This document shows positions 35,936 through 48,400 of a DNA stretch of 64,000 nucleotides, one piece after another; position 1 is the first letter of the stretch; the number at the start of each line of letters is the position of its first letter. The stretch comes from an uncultured Clostridia bacterium (GTDB lineage: Bacteria > Bacillota > Clostridia > Christensenellales > UBA1242): positions 69,764-133,763 of the forward strand of contig CALWEJ010000002.1 in the NCBI GenBank assembly GCA_944377165.1, read 5' to 3'. A program made the translations under genes and the position numbers. The notes under the pieces are model-generated. The model was not told where the DNA came from. It did not search any database and was given only the letters and a program-made list of their open reading frames with translations.

Positions 35936-36383
35936 TCTTGCGCTTTGATTTGAAAAAGTCTTTAATTAATTTAACATTTTCCGCTTCATAATTTGTTAGT
36001 TGGACTGCTTTTGTTGTGTGATTAAGGGTACTATCTAAAATATTAAACCTAGAAATTCCACCGCTAGACTCATCTTTAACGGCATAATATACTGTTCGAA
36101 TCCTAGCATTAATTATAGCGCCAGCGCACATTGGACAGGGCTCTAAAGTCACGTACATATCGCAATCATCTAGTCGCCACGAATGTAATTTTTTATTTGC
36201 CTTTTCAATCGCTTTAACTTCGGCGTGGTGAGTAGCAATTTGGTCTTTTTCACGCGTGTTGAAGGCGCGCGCAATTATTTTATCGTCCTTTACGATAATT
36301 GCGCCAATAGGAACTTCTTCTAGCGTACGCGCTTTGCAACCTTGATAGGTAGCCTGTTTCATGTAATCCATTTTGTTTTCCAT
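35931..36383 (-). CDS. tadA: tRNA-specific adenosine deaminase
   Basis: HAEVKAIE and PCPMCAGA zinc motifs, EVPIGAIIV. The start is ambiguous (ATGs at 36383, 36371 and 36362; the track start at 36419 is less likely). Confidence 0.85.
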   Translation of the reverse strand: MENKMDYMKQATYQGCKARTLEEVPIGAIIVKDDKIIARAFNTREKDQIATHHAEVKAIEKANKKLHSWRLDDCDMYVTLEPCPMCAGAIINARIRTVYYAVKDESSGGISRFNILDSTLNHTTKAVQLTNYEAENVKLIKDFFKSKRKK

Positions 36384-37284
36384 TACTCTTATTTTGCACA
36401 TTTGGTAAAGTAAAGTCAATTTCTTTTGCGTACTGATTTGCTTTTTCTAGTGCAATAAGTGGCACGTCTTTGTTCCTAGCATAAATTTCGGGTAAATATT
36501 CTTCGCCTATGGGGTGTGGCAAGCTGTTATCTCCGACTTCGATAGTGTAAGCTGGAATTTTTAAACTATTTATGCACCAATCTTTGTATCCGCCTGTGGA
36601 ATTCTCAGTAAAGACGAGCGGGTAGCCGGTCACTTCACTTAATGCTTCGCCTATAGTTTGGTCACGTGCAATGTTTTCACTTGTTTCATTTTCAAAACCG
36701 TAATAAATTATATTGCCTTTGCTATGGTAAGAAATAGTTAATAGTGGACGAGTGCGCAGTGTAAAATTAATTAAAGACTGAACTTCGCGTTCGCTGTTTG
36801 GGTAAAAGCCAATGAAGTCTTCAGTCGATGGGCAGAAAACATTTTGACTACCGCCTCCCCACAGCGCATCAAAATTTGTGTTTAGGTCAACAAGATTTAT
36901 ATTTGCTTTATATTGCGAAAAATCAGTACTCGAATTATTAGCCATAATTAAATAATTTTTAGTAATTTCACAATTAACGCTATCAATTCCGTCTAAAACG
37001 ATTTCCGCGCCGTCTGGATTAACTAAAAATACGAAATAAATACCGCCGTTTTTTACTAAATCATTATTGTGAAGATTCCTTGCCATTTCAACTAATAAAA
37101 GTGAAGTTATGTACTCGCGCGCGTGTATTCCGCCTTGAATTAAAATTTGAGTTCCACTATAGTCGCCTACGTGTGTAGCAAGGATATTTTTCCCTAAAAC
37201 AGATTTGCCTGCATTAAAAAGTTCTAGTCCTTCTTCTTGAAGCTGGACTATTCTATTAATCAATTCTTGATATGTCATAATCAC
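36280..37284 (-). CDS. M14-family zinc carboxypeptidase (gamma-D-glutamyl-diamino-acid peptidase-like)
   Basis: GGIHAREYIT (H-x-x-E zinc ligands), 334 aa. The 3' end overlaps the tadA 5' region by about 80-100 nt. Confidence 0.7.
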   Translation of the reverse strand: MIMTYQELINRIVQLQEEGLELFNAGKSVLGKNILATHVGDYSGTQILIQGGIHAREYITSLLLVEMARNLHNNDLVKNGGIYFVFLVNPDGAEIVLDGIDSVNCEITKNYLIMANNSSTDFSQYKANINLVDLNTNFDALWGGGSQNVFCPSTEDFIGFYPNSEREVQSLINFTLRTRPLLTISYHSKGNIIYYGFENETSENIARDQTIGEALSEVTGYPLVFTENSTGGYKDWCINSLKIPAYTIEVGDNSLPHPIGEEYLPEIYARNKDVPLIALEKANQYAKEIDFTLPNVQNKSNGKQNGLHETGYLSRLQSAYARRSSYWRNYRKGR

Positions 37285-37286
37285 CT

Positions 37287-37757
37287 CTATTTGTGATATG
37301 CAATATTTTTTACAATTGTGAATGAGCGGTAAAGTTGTTCTAAGAAAATGACGCGCATAAGTTGGTGCGGAAAGGTCATTTTTGAAAAACTTATTTTTTC
37401 ATTACATTTTAATTTAATGTCTTCCGCAATACCGTTTGACGCGCCGATGATAAAGGTTATTTCGCTTGTACTTAATGACAAATTATCTATTTTGTTCGCG
37501 AGTTCAACACTTGAAAGCATTTTTCCGTTAATATCTAATGCTATTGTATAGCCTTTTAAGTGCTTTTCAATTTCGACAGCATCTTTTTTTAGGGCAATTT
37601 GTATGTCTTTTTGCGAATTTGAAGTGGGTACGTGTTCATTTAGTTCGATTATTTTAACGTTGGCAAATCGAGTTAGTCGTTTTAGATATTCGTTTATTGC
37701 GTCCACGTAGAACTTTTCTTTGATGTCACCCATTGCAATAATGTTTATCTTAAGCAT
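37287..37757 (-). CDS. rlmH: 23S rRNA (pseudouridine1915-N3)-methyltransferase
   Basis: 156 aa SPOUT protein. IIGASNG...FSKMTFPHQLMRVIFLEQLYRSF is characteristic of RlmH. Confidence 0.85.
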   Translation of the reverse strand: MLKINIIAMGDIKEKFYVDAINEYLKRLTRFANVKIIELNEHVPTSNSQKDIQIALKKDAVEIEKHLKGYTIALDINGKMLSSVELANKIDNLSLSTSEITFIIGASNGIAEDIKLKCNEKISFSKMTFPHQLMRVIFLEQLYRSFTIVKNIAYHK

Positions 37758-37765
37758 ACTTCTCC

Positions 37766-38818
37766 TTAAATTAAACCATAAATAAAACTGGTTATTGTGA
37801 TTAAACTTCCTAATACAATACTTGAATAGAAAAATATTTTTTCATTAAAATACAATTTCCTTCCCTTTGGAATTGATTCAGCGACTGGTGATAACTTGCA
37901 TTTTTTCAATATATCATTTGCCACATTTATTCTAACCTGCGCTTCTTCTATAGATAAATTAGATAGCTTTAGCGAGTCGATAATCTTTTTAACGTCCGAT
38001 TTTGCTTTTTCAATAGCTAACCGTTTAGTTAGATATAGATATAACCATACCATAAGCGCGATAAATAAACTTAATGAAATTACAAATAGGAATACATTGC
38101 TCATTAAAAGTGATTGAATTTCATAATAAAGACTAGCAAAAGACCAATCTAAATAATATCCATAATAGAAATATATGCTAAGCGCGTTGTTCATAAAGTG
38201 TATAATCATACTCGGGTATATGCTTCCACTAGCCAATGATGCGTATCCCATTAAACAGCCTAAGATTGTAGCATAGAAAAATTGATTAATATTCATATGC
38301 ATTAATCCAAATAAGATAGAAGAAGCGAGTAAGCAAAAGCGTGGATTTGCATATTTTTTACCCGCATTTAGTACAAGACCGCGGTGCAAAATTTCTTCAC
38401 AAAATCCGGGTAATACAGCAGTTAATAAAAATTCTTGCAACAACATTGAATAATTAAATTCAACCGTGGTAGGAGTGCCTATATTTTCAAAACCAAGTAG
38501 CGAAATAATAGTTTGTGTTGCGTTGGCAACAAAAGTATTAATAAAATACAATACAAAACCTAGAATTACAGATATAATTAGGGCAGAAGCACTTATTTTT
38601 TTGAATCCAAAATCACGAAATGTCTGCTTTACGTTTTTAGTCACTAATAGCGAATACATAAGTAGCGGAATTGCGAACATTACTACAATTTGTATTAAGA
38701 AAGTCGTTATATATGAATTGTCAAAGATTCCCATATATCCTAATACAAAAATTACCGCTATACACAGCATAGCAATAAAATATATTAAGTTAATTTTAAA
38801 GAATGTTGATTTTTTCAT
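37766..38818 (-). CDS. CPBP-family intramembrane glutamic endopeptidase (CAAX protease-like)
   Basis: Motifs CEEILHRG, FGLMH and HFMNN in a polytopic membrane protein with an extra C-terminal extension. Confidence 0.8.
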   Translation of the reverse strand: MKKSTFFKINLIYFIAMLCIAVIFVLGYMGIFDNSYITTFLIQIVVMFAIPLLMYSLLVTKNVKQTFRDFGFKKISASALIISVILGFVLYFINTFVANATQTIISLLGFENIGTPTTVEFNYSMLLQEFLLTAVLPGFCEEILHRGLVLNAGKKYANPRFCLLASSILFGLMHMNINQFFYATILGCLMGYASLASGSIYPSMIIHFMNNALSIYFYYGYYLDWSFASLYYEIQSLLMSNVFLFVISLSLFIALMVWLYLYLTKRLAIEKAKSDVKKIIDSLKLSNLSIEEAQVRINVANDILKKCKLSPVAESIPKGRKLYFNEKIFFYSSIVLGSLITITSFIYGLI

Positions 38819-38826
38819 TTTTTATT

Positions 38827-39744
38827 TTATAGTCTATTAAAATTAATGATAATGTAAATTATAATCATTATAACTAAACTTAGATATAAATATAATTTTT
38901 CGTTATTTGATAATTTAATTGCGCTTCCTTTATTTTTCCTTAAAGTAAAGTAGAGTATTATTCCTAAATATATACAAAATAGTATAACAGCAAGGAGGAT
39001 ATAAGTCCAATGATTAAAGACTAAACTTATATTAAGATAAGATAGAGTTAATGATAGAAAGTTATTTACTGCGTGAACGATGATAGTATATAATATGTTG
39101 TTCTCATTATACATTATTACACCTAAAAGCATACCAATCAAGATAGGATATAACGTTTGCTCGAACGACATATGATAAAGTGAAAACATAATGCTAGATA
39201 TTAAAATTGAAAATGCTTTACCATTTTCTTTTAATCCTTTAAATATTAACCCTCTAAATAAAAGTTCTTCGCATATTGCAGGGAATAAGACTAAAGAGAA
39301 AATTGAAATAATGTATGCAGGGGTATCTAGTTCGTAAGATATTGTATTTAAAGGTATTCCCAATTTTATTAAAAGTGTATCAATGCAGTTTACGATAGGG
39401 GTTAGAGCAAAGAATGAAATTATAGCAATTAAAATATATAAGAATATTTTTTTTGTATTCGGCTTTGAAATAATTTTATTATCTTTTTTTCTATTAAATA
39501 AAATGAAAATTAATACCATTGTCAAATCAAATACAGCCACATTTAATAAATAGCCATAAGGATTTTCTATAAAACTTATAAAAACATTACTATCTAAGTT
39601 GAGAAAAGAGCAAATAGTGACTCCAATAAGTAAAAAAACTATACTTGCGAACTGACAAGCAAAGAAACTAATTATGAAGCCTAATGAAGAAATTGTTGTA
39701 TTTAATTTTTGTTTTTCCACATAAATATTATAATATATAAACAA
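38827..39744 (-). CDS. CPBP-family intramembrane glutamic endopeptidase (second paralog)
   Basis: Motifs CEELLFRG, FSLYH and HAVNN in a polytopic membrane protein. Confidence 0.8.
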   Translation of the reverse strand: MFIYYNIYVEKQKLNTTISSLGFIISFFACQFASIVFLLIGVTICSFLNLDSNVFISFIENPYGYLLNVAVFDLTMVLIFILFNRKKDNKIISKPNTKKIFLYILIAIISFFALTPIVNCIDTLLIKLGIPLNTISYELDTPAYIISIFSLVLFPAICEELLFRGLIFKGLKENGKAFSILISSIMFSLYHMSFEQTLYPILIGMLLGVIMYNENNILYTIIVHAVNNFLSLTLSYLNISLVFNHWTYILLAVILFCIYLGIILYFTLRKNKGSAIKLSNNEKLYLYLSLVIMIIIYIIINFNRL

Positions 39745-39853
39745 TTTTTTAGCAAATATTATAATAATTATAATTAATATAAAATTTTTCTTATTTTATA
39801 TTTTATTCTAACATAAATTAACATAAATTAAAATTTAATAAATATATTAAAAT

Positions 39854-40531
39854 ATGTTAGAATTAAATGATTTAGAAAATATTGATAAAGCGACCCTATT
39901 ATTAATGAATATTGTCATATCAAATTCGGCAATAATTGGGAAAAATGTCAAACTAGGTTCGAATGTAATAATTTCAGGTAAGTCAATAATTGAAGATAAT
40001 GTTGAAATAGGGTCTAATTCACACATAGAAAATTCGCATATTTATAAAGACGTTAAAATTCGTTCTAGTTATATTCAAGATTCTGCTGTTAAAGATAAAT
40101 GTAATATAGGACCTTTTTCGCATATTAGGGCGGAATCAGTTATTGAAGCTAATTGTAGGATTGGAAATTTCGTAGAAATAAAAAATTCAACGATTGGCGA
40201 GAATTCTAAATGTGCACATTTATCATATGTAGGAGATGCAATAATCGGGAAAAATTGTAATATTGGTTGCGGAGTAGTATTTTGTAATTACGATGGCGAG
40301 CAAAAGTATAGAACAACGGTAGGAGATGATTGTTTCATAGGGTCTAATACTAATATTATTGCGCCTATAAAAATTAGCGATAAGGCATATATTGCAGCTG
40401 GTAGTACAATAAATAAAGATATAGCTAGTGGAGAGTTCGCAATAGCGCGTGCTAGACAAGAGAATAAAAACAACTTTAACAATCCTTACATAAAAAATTT
40501 AGCAAATAAAAAATCAGATAGTAATAATTAA
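39854..40531 (+). CDS. left-handed beta-helix acetyltransferase equivalent to the C-terminal half of GlmU only
   Basis: Hexapeptide repeats with NFVEIKNSTIGENSKCAHLSYVGDAIIGKNCNIGCGVVFCNYDG...TTVGDDCFIGSNTNIIAP match the GlmU acetyltransferase domain. There is no uridylyltransferase domain and no clear RBS. Confidence 0.6.
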   Translation: MLELNDLENIDKATLLLMNIVISNSAIIGKNVKLGSNVIISGKSIIEDNVEIGSNSHIENSHIYKDVKIRSSYIQDSAVKDKCNIGPFSHIRAESVIEANCRIGNFVEIKNSTIGENSKCAHLSYVGDAIIGKNCNIGCGVVFCNYDGEQKYRTTVGDDCFIGSNTNIIAPIKISDKAYIAAGSTINKDIASGEFAIARARQENKNNFNNPYIKNLANKKSDSNN

Positions 40532-40735
40532 AAGATTAAATAAAGATATAAATTTCATATAAATATAATTATTTAATATTAAAAAAATTACATAAATACA
40601 ATTAAATTAAATTTTAAAAATCTATAAAATATATTTATTGGAAATAAAAATATATAAAAATTAACAAAAAATCATAAAAAATAATAAAAATACACTTAAT
40701 TTATAGGATTTCAAGTATATTTTTTAATGATTTAT

Positions 40736-41293
40736 TTATTTTTTTGAATTTTCAATATATTTTAAGTATTCAGAATAAATTATATCAGCAAGAGCTTCTG
40801 GAGAAATATTTTCGCTAGAAATAACTAAATCATAATTATTTGGGTCTGCCATATTTACATTGTATAATTTATTATATCGTTCAATTTCTAATTTCTCTCT
40901 ATTTAAAAGTGAATTTAAAGCGGACTCTTTATTTTTATAAATATATTTATCTTTTCTATCTGAGTTTAATAATCTATTTGCCATTTCATCTTCACTTAAA
41001 TCTACATATACTTTAAATGAGTGTGGGACAAAATGCCAAGCCATTCTACTATCAAATATCAATTTTTCATTAGCTCTATCACGTCCGATGCGCGCTGTTT
41101 CATTATCAATTAATTGGTCAAACGAACTATCAGATGAGCATAACTTGTTAAATTCTTCTATTGTGATTCCGCGTTTGTTAGCTTCTTCTTTAAAGATATT
41201 TCCTATCGCAATATGTTCGAATCCGTATTTTGATGCTAAAATTTTTGCAACTGTAGATTTTCCGCTACAAGGTTTTCCTGTTATAGTAATCAT
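40736..41293 (-). CDS. cytidylate-kinase-like P-loop kinase
   Basis: MITITGKPCSGKSTVAKILA Walker A, 185 aa. The start overlaps the upstream stop (ATGA). Confidence 0.6.
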   Translation of the reverse strand: MITITGKPCSGKSTVAKILASKYGFEHIAIGNIFKEEANKRGITIEEFNKLCSSDSSFDQLIDNETARIGRDRANEKLIFDSRMAWHFVPHSFKVYVDLSEDEMANRLLNSDRKDKYIYKNKESALNSLLNREKLEIERYNKLYNVNMADPNNYDLVISSENISPEALADIIYSEYLKYIENSKK

Positions 41294-41520
41294 ATTTCTC
41301 CCTCAATAACAACGTCGTTGTCTATAGATGTATCATTTTCGTTTTTATTTTCCCAATAGTTTAGTTCTTCTTCTAAACGAGAAATTTCTTTTTGCTGTTC
41401 AGCTATTAGATTTTGTTTGTTTTTTATATTCACAATTTGCACAACAGAAATAACAAACAATAATATTATAAGGATTATTGCTAAAATTATAAATAATTTA
41501 ATTTTATTTTGAGCTTGCAT
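41290..41520 (-). CDS. divIC: septum-formation initiator, DivIC/FtsB-like
   Basis: 76 aa: one TM helix followed by the coiled coil QQKEISRLEEELNYWENK. Lies directly after yabP-yabQ, as in Bacillus. Confidence 0.6.
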   Translation of the reverse strand: MQAQNKIKLFIILAIILIILLFVISVVQIVNIKNKQNLIAEQQKEISRLEEELNYWENKNENDTSIDNDVVIEGEI

Positions 41521-41974
41521 TTTTAATTATTTTCCTTTTCTTGCGTTTTTCTATTTTTAAAGCGCGCTTTTCTTTAAGTAGGGCAAGTTTATTTTTGTGT
41601 CGAATTTGTTTTTCTAATTTTACTTTTTCACGTAATAGTTTTCGCGTGTCATATTTAGCTTTTAAAAAATTATACCACTTTAGACTAATAAAATCAACTA
41701 AATTAATACTAAGCCTATTTATCCAGAATATTCCTAAAATAAATGATAAAATTAAGACATATGATAAATGTCCAAAATTATAAAAATTTAATAAAATTAC
41801 AAAAAATATTGCAAAAAATGTATAAAAAATGCTATCAAAAATGATTTTTTGATAAATTTTTAAATATTTCTTCAAAAAAATAATTGAAAATATCTCTAAA
41901 ATTATACCAAAAATAAATCCCCAAAATAGGAATACGAAAAATATAAATAATTGGTTATTTGTTGAAAATATCAT
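41504..41974 (-). CDS. yabQ: spore cortex biosynthesis protein YabQ-like
   Basis: Multi-TM N-terminal region followed by a Lys-rich tail. Overlaps the yabP stop. Conserved yabP-yabQ-divIC order. Confidence 0.6.
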   Translation of the reverse strand: MIFSTNNQLFIFFVFLFWGFIFGIILEIFSIIFLKKYLKIYQKIIFDSIFYTFFAIFFVILLNFYNFGHLSYVLILSFILGIFWINRLSINLVDFISLKWYNFLKAKYDTRKLLREKVKLEKQIRHKNKLALLKEKRALKIEKRKKRKIIKNASSK

Positions 41975-42258
41975 TTAAAAATTTTCCTAAAAAATGGTTC
42001 TTTGCTTTTCCCTTCAACAAAGCGTAAGCTATCTATATTCCCTGATATTTCTGCGCGCTTTGAATTATCGTCTAATTTGATTAATTCAAGGCTAGTACCA
42101 GAAATCATTAGACCGCCGTAAACTGTAGCTAATTGAATTAAATCAGGCTTTAAACTAACAATTTTTTCTGTCCCTGTAATAGATAGCAAATTTCTATTAT
42201 TTAATGTGATAATTTGTTCTTTATTTTTTACGTCTTTATTTTCAATTTTATTTTCCAT
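41971..42258 (-). CDS. yabP: sporulation protein YabP
   Basis: 95 aa. ITLNNRNLLSITGTEKIVSLKPDLIQLATVYGGLMISGTSLELIKLD matches the YabP/YqfC pattern. Confidence 0.75.
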   Translation of the reverse strand: MENKIENKDVKNKEQIITLNNRNLLSITGTEKIVSLKPDLIQLATVYGGLMISGTSLELIKLDDNSKRAEISGNIDSLRFVEGKSKEPFFRKIFK

Positions 42259-42450
42259 AAAATAATATATTTTTAATTATTTTCAATTATGCAAATATTT
42301 AATTTATTTTAAATTAATCGGAAATTTATTTGACAAAATATTACAATTATTTTTATAATTAAAAAGAGTAATTTTAAATTAATTATTTATTAATTTATTT
42401 AATATTAAAATATTTATTGCGTTTTAGCGCAAATTAAATTAGGGGTTAAA

Positions 42451-45400
42451 ATGAGAAAATTTAGGGGTGTAGTTTTAATTGTAATAGCATTCATCTCGTG
42501 CTTTGTTTTTTCTGCGTGCGGAAAAGATTATTCATCTCTAAAAATGAGTTTCTATTCTAGTGATGGAGAAAGTATTTCGAATATTAATCTAATCCTAGAT
42601 GAAAATAATACTGCTACTATCGGTGTAAAATTTGAAGGGATAGAAACAGACGATATAGGAAGCATTAGTGCGCGAACTGAACCCGCTAATCTAGCTGACA
42701 CACCAATAGGCAATTTAGAAGGGAATACATATTTTATAACAATTAGTGCTAATATGGTCAGCAGTGACAATGCAAGATTAATTGTACATCACGATAGTTC
42801 GGGCAAAGAGGCGAGTATTCCGCTTTCAATAAGTAAGCGCTCGACAAATAATGGCATATCGCTAATTAATGAAAATTATTTCTTACCAATTAAAGGTGAA
42901 GAATATACTGCAATTATTGACCCATACGATATTATTAGTATAGACGGTTCGGAAGATGTCTATTTTGCTTTGAGTGATAACTCTAATATGGGCGCACTAA
43001 CTAGCATAACTGAGTCAATTAATGGTGAAGAATTGATTACAGGCTTTACTGTCCCTAATACAATTCAGACAGGGTTTAAGGTTGATTTAATTCCTGTTTT
43101 AGTTCTTAATCAAGATACTAACAGACATTTGACCGACTATACGTTCAGTTTAAATTTTGTTCGTCAATTTAATGAAAGTGAAATAGTGATTGATACCGAC
43201 CAACTTCACGAGCCATATATAAATAACGAACCGATTGTTTTAATCGCTGGAGATACAGATTCGAATCTTTCTCCAGACGGCGAATCATATAACTATAATA
43301 ACGTGCACGTTGAATTAAAGCTAATGGCAGACGAATTAATTGACCTAACTAATGTAGATGGTGTAAATTTTTATAACTACTACACTGTTAAGGCAACATA
43401 TGACGATAGTCTTCCTTTACGAGTAGAATATAGTGCAAACAAAGTAATATTTACCGCCACCGATTATTTTGCAGATGAAACAGATGTGAAGCTTGAATTG
43501 ATTCCTAAGGGAAGCGGGCAAGTAGAGAGCATAGTTAAGTCGTTTAAAATTAAGTGCGCGGTTAAGCCAAATAACATTGAAATAGCTATGCAAGATGAGA
43601 TAATAGATACGGATTCAACTCTAAGTCTATTTGACTATTATCCAAACTCTTTAGGTGCGAAATTTGACTTTAGCGTAATGCCTGAGATAGCATACTCTGA
43701 CTTATCAAATATAAGATTACAGGTGACTCCACAACTCTTAAATATAAGGGTGAATTTCGGAAACGATAATGTAAACGTCATTTATACAGACGATAGTTTC
43801 ACTACTTTAAACACGAATACTAGTGTCACTCATAACGACGGCACTGTCACACAATTCGGCGACAATATGTATTTATTGCAGTTCTATAAAGGTTCAACTC
43901 CGCTTAAATTCTATTACGACGCAGGGTTAAATAAGTTTGTTTCAGAAGAAATAACAGAGAATGATGTAGTATTTGTAAAATATGTAGAAACTGACAGCAT
44001 AGTTGACAGATTCGGGACATTAATGTTTGACGTATGCAATTATTATTCAGGTGATTTAGATTATTTACAAAATATCAAAACACTTTCTAAGACTCTTACT
44101 TTCAACCGCAGAGATGGAGTATCTGATTTAACAATCAATGCAGGCTATATCAGTATCGACGGAAATCACGACCAAACATTTTATCAAAACGCAGAAGGTT
44201 CTATCGAAGTTAAGCAGTTATATTTAGACCGTAATCAAGGAATAGATAATCCTAATGCAACTACATATTTCATTTATGTAAAAGATGTGTTGGGCGAGCA
44301 GGGGAATAATTTAACTAGCGCTACATTTGATGTAAAAGTTGTTGGAGGGGGAGATAATCCTTTAAAAGTAAAACAATATGCAGTTAATGACGGAAACGCA
44401 AAAGATATAGTTGGTCAAACTGAGATAAAATTCAACTACACGTCCGAACTAATATACAACGATATTTTGTTAGTATTTGATAGTAATACAGACATAGGCG
44501 ATTACGAAATTTATATCTATTTCCCTAACTATGACGGCGGAGAAAATGGATTTGTAAAAATTGATTGTAAAGTATATCAATCGCTAACAGAAAAAGATAT
44601 TGAATATGTGATTGAACAAAACGATACTGCGTTTAAAAACTTCTTAGGGTTTAACTTCGATGGAACTAAACAATATTTATTCGATGAATATCAGTCCGAT
44701 TATATTGTTGCTAGCGGTCAAGAATTAAATTTCGCTATTGACTTAGATGAAGTGTATGAAGTTGAATCGTATTTATTTACAGCGGATTATACCGGTGGCG
44801 GAAATTATACTGCAAATGAATTTATTAGTATAAAAAATAATGGTGCGAATGATAGCACTGCAAAATTGTCTTTCGTTAAAGGTAGTTTTGTAGATGGTAT
44901 TCAATATGTCACTCTACACTCATTTATCACTGTGGAAAATTATTCTAATATTGTGACTATTGACGGAACGAATACTATCGAACTTGCTTTAACCTTCTTC
45001 ATATACGAGCCTATTAGTTTAGAAGATATTAATACAAATATAACAATAGACGGGCAAACCCTTAAAGCTAGTAGCGAAACTAGATATATGAATGAATGTT
45101 TAGGCGCATATTACAAAAATTTATCAGTTGCCGAACTTTCTATCGCGTTATCGGACGAATCGTTATGGAATTATGTGCTAAAAACTAATAGTAATGAATC
45201 GACAGACGATAATAATGAAGACGTCAATACCGAAATTCCAACAGAAAATCCAACCGAAACTTCAGGAGATAATACTTCTGAGAATGAGAATGCGGAAGGT
45301 GACACAGGTTCGAGCGAAAACAATAATCAAAATCCTATATACGTGACTTGGAGTAGCGAAACGGATAGCGACCTTGTTGAAATTTTATCTCAGGATTATA

Positions 45401-48400
45401 ATTCTATAGAACTTAAATTCAACAATAATTCGTCATATACAGCATATTCAGTTGTTATTTATGCAACTTTTGTACAATTTAATCAAAAACCTTTCACTTT
45501 GATATTTACGATAAATGTGGAAGTGCCGGTTTTAACTGAACACGTGCAAATACTCAGCGAATTAGAAGAAATTGTAGAAGGAAGCACTGATTATAGCCTA
45601 AACTTAAAAGCAGGCGAAGTATATACTCTTACTGCTAAAAACATTGCAGGAAATAGAGAAGTGACGTCGCCAGAAGTCTATATGGTAGTAGTTGACCGAT
45701 TCGGTAATGTAAGTACTAATAATGTCACTGTAGATAATGAAAATCTCACTTTAACAGTGAACGATAACTTATTGGGCGGAAATGACCTTAAATTAATAGT
45801 GTTTGCTAAAGATGCTTTGAGTGAAAATTTAGAGCATTTTGCATCAGGATATAATGACCCTAAAACATTTATCTTAAATGGTTGGGACGCGACGACTGAA
45901 GGCAGTTTCTATGAAGCTTATATAGTAATAGATTTGATTTTATCAAACGGAACTATTAGTCACCCATATATGATATACAATGCAGACGATTTTTGGGAAA
46001 TTAATTATAGCGATGCAATGAAAAGCGCTAATTACAAACTCGTCGCAAATATTAATCTAAATAACACTACTTATTTAGGACCTAGAGTTATAGACGGATT
46101 TAGTGGTTCAATTAGTACATATGTTGATGATAAGGGTACTGAATATATGTACACTATTTCTGGATTGACATTAGACGAAAATAATAGAAATTTATTTACA
46201 AATTTCTTAGGAAGCATATCTAATATTAACTTTAATGTTCTATATAATTACAATTTGTCACTATCAAAAGAGAGCGAGAAATTAGGTATATTCGCTACAA
46301 ATGAAGGCTCAATAATTAACACTACTGTCACATTCACAACTAACAGTTCAGCAAATTTAGTCGGTAGCGATAGCACTATTAACTTTGGTGGGCTAGTAGG
46401 CGAAAATTATGGAGAAATTAAATATACATCAAATATCATTATAGGTGCTAGCGGAAGCATTACACTAACCGGCAATGCGAACGTGAATTTCGGCGGACTC
46501 GTCGGTTTAAATAGCGCTACAATCTCTGGTTATTCAGGGGAAGAAAGTGCACTAAATGCTAATTCGACTGATACGACAACTGATAGTAATAACAAAAATA
46601 TTATATTCGGTATATTTATCGGCAATGACGGTGCAATCGCTAATGTAAATATCATTTCGAATATGACAAACAATAATAGTTCGTTAGGTGGAGTTATCGG
46701 TGAGAACGAGATAGATGCATCAATTAGCAACGCGTTTGTGACAGGGAATATAGATGCGACGCATAACAATGTTGGTGGTGTTATAGGTAGGAATTTAGGT
46801 GTTAAACATAGTGTATTAGTAGCATTAGATGGCACTACTAATAATATAATCGATTTGACTGTACAAGATAACAATGTAAATTATAGTGTATATAAAGTCA
46901 CGTCTATAGTTAAAATCGCATCTACAGGCGACAATATAGGCGGAGTGACAGGAATAGACACAAACGGTATTTATAGCGAAGTCAAATATCAGATAATGTC
47001 CGATTCGGCTAGGTCTATAGTCGGAGGAAATAACGTTGCAGGAATAATTGGAAATGCAACAAATAGTTATCTTGAATATAGCTCAGTATATAGCTATCGT
47101 TGGGATTATGCGTCTTGTAGTGCTATTGAAGGAGAAGAAGACATTTCAGGATATAACTATGTATCAGGACTTATCGGTATAGCGAACGACGGTGTGACAA
47201 ACGTTTCAAGTGGAGCAAAATATGCGGTTAGTTCAGTAAATAAATCTAATGTGAACGCGTATATTTCAGGTGAAGGTAATACTTCAGGCATAATATCAGT
47301 GAACATTTCTAGTTCTGTTCGATCACCACTAATCATATATTCATCATTTATAGGTAAATTAACTGGCGCGAATACGCAAAATCGATTAGTTGTATCAAAT
47401 ATAGATAATACTTCACTTCTATCTAATCAAGTATTTTCAGTGAATGGAATATTTGAAAATAGTGACACATTTAATTGGACTATTAAAAATCCTAGTGAGT
47501 TAAATAGTGATATATGGGGATATAATGCAGGTATAAACGGCGGATATATTTACGTAATGAAAGACGGCGAACCAATATTTGACCGCGTGCCTAGCGATAT
47601 TACAGCGACACCATCAGATAATGTAAATTCATTTGAAGATAATGTTATATATTTAGAATATTATAACTTTATGAATGACGAAGATAGTTCAATAACTATT
47701 AGAGAGAACACTTATTCTATACTAGATATATTAAACTTTACTATAAGTCCTTCAGATTTAGACAATGTACGTATTAATGTGGCTAGTTCAAATTCGAATG
47801 TAGTTATGATTTCAAATAGCAATATTTTAGTACGTGGCATCGGTCAGGCAACTATCACATTTAGCGCGCAGTTGAATGAAGATATAAATACAAGTGTGAC
47901 GATATATGTAGGACTTCCTTTAGGTAATATATTTAATATTAGTCGTTCGAGTGTGGATAGTAGTTTATCTATAAATAATACAGATTTACGCATTGCTAAA
48001 GACAACGGAGAACAATTCTACATTATTTCTTCAGGCGAAGAAGATTATTTGGGCAATACATATTCGTATGAAACAAATAAGAACGTAAATCTACATATAG
48101 AAGCAAGCACTCCTGCAAGTTATAATATAGATGGTTCTAGCGAAGATGGGCATACTAACATAAATTATTATCTAAATATTAGCGGAGTTAATTTAACGTA
48201 TAAAGAAGAAAAAGATACCTATGATATTTGGGAAGTAGATTTAAGTTATGACACATTATTCAGTATATTTGTATTAAACAAATTAGAAGGTGGAAAGTTT
48301 GCTTTCAGTGTGACACCGTATATTATGGTGGCGGAGCAATATAGATTAACATTTGATAAAAATGTTGTAGTATTTGATTTATATACTCGGAGCGGGCCAA

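Noticed and set aside
36280-36383. About 80-100-nt overlap between the M14 peptidase 3' end and the tadA 5' end, considered as a possible frameshift or pseudogene
   Set aside because: Both ORFs carry complete catalytic motifs, and the overlap affects only unconserved termini. The ambiguous tadA start may shrink it. I can see no evidence of disruption.
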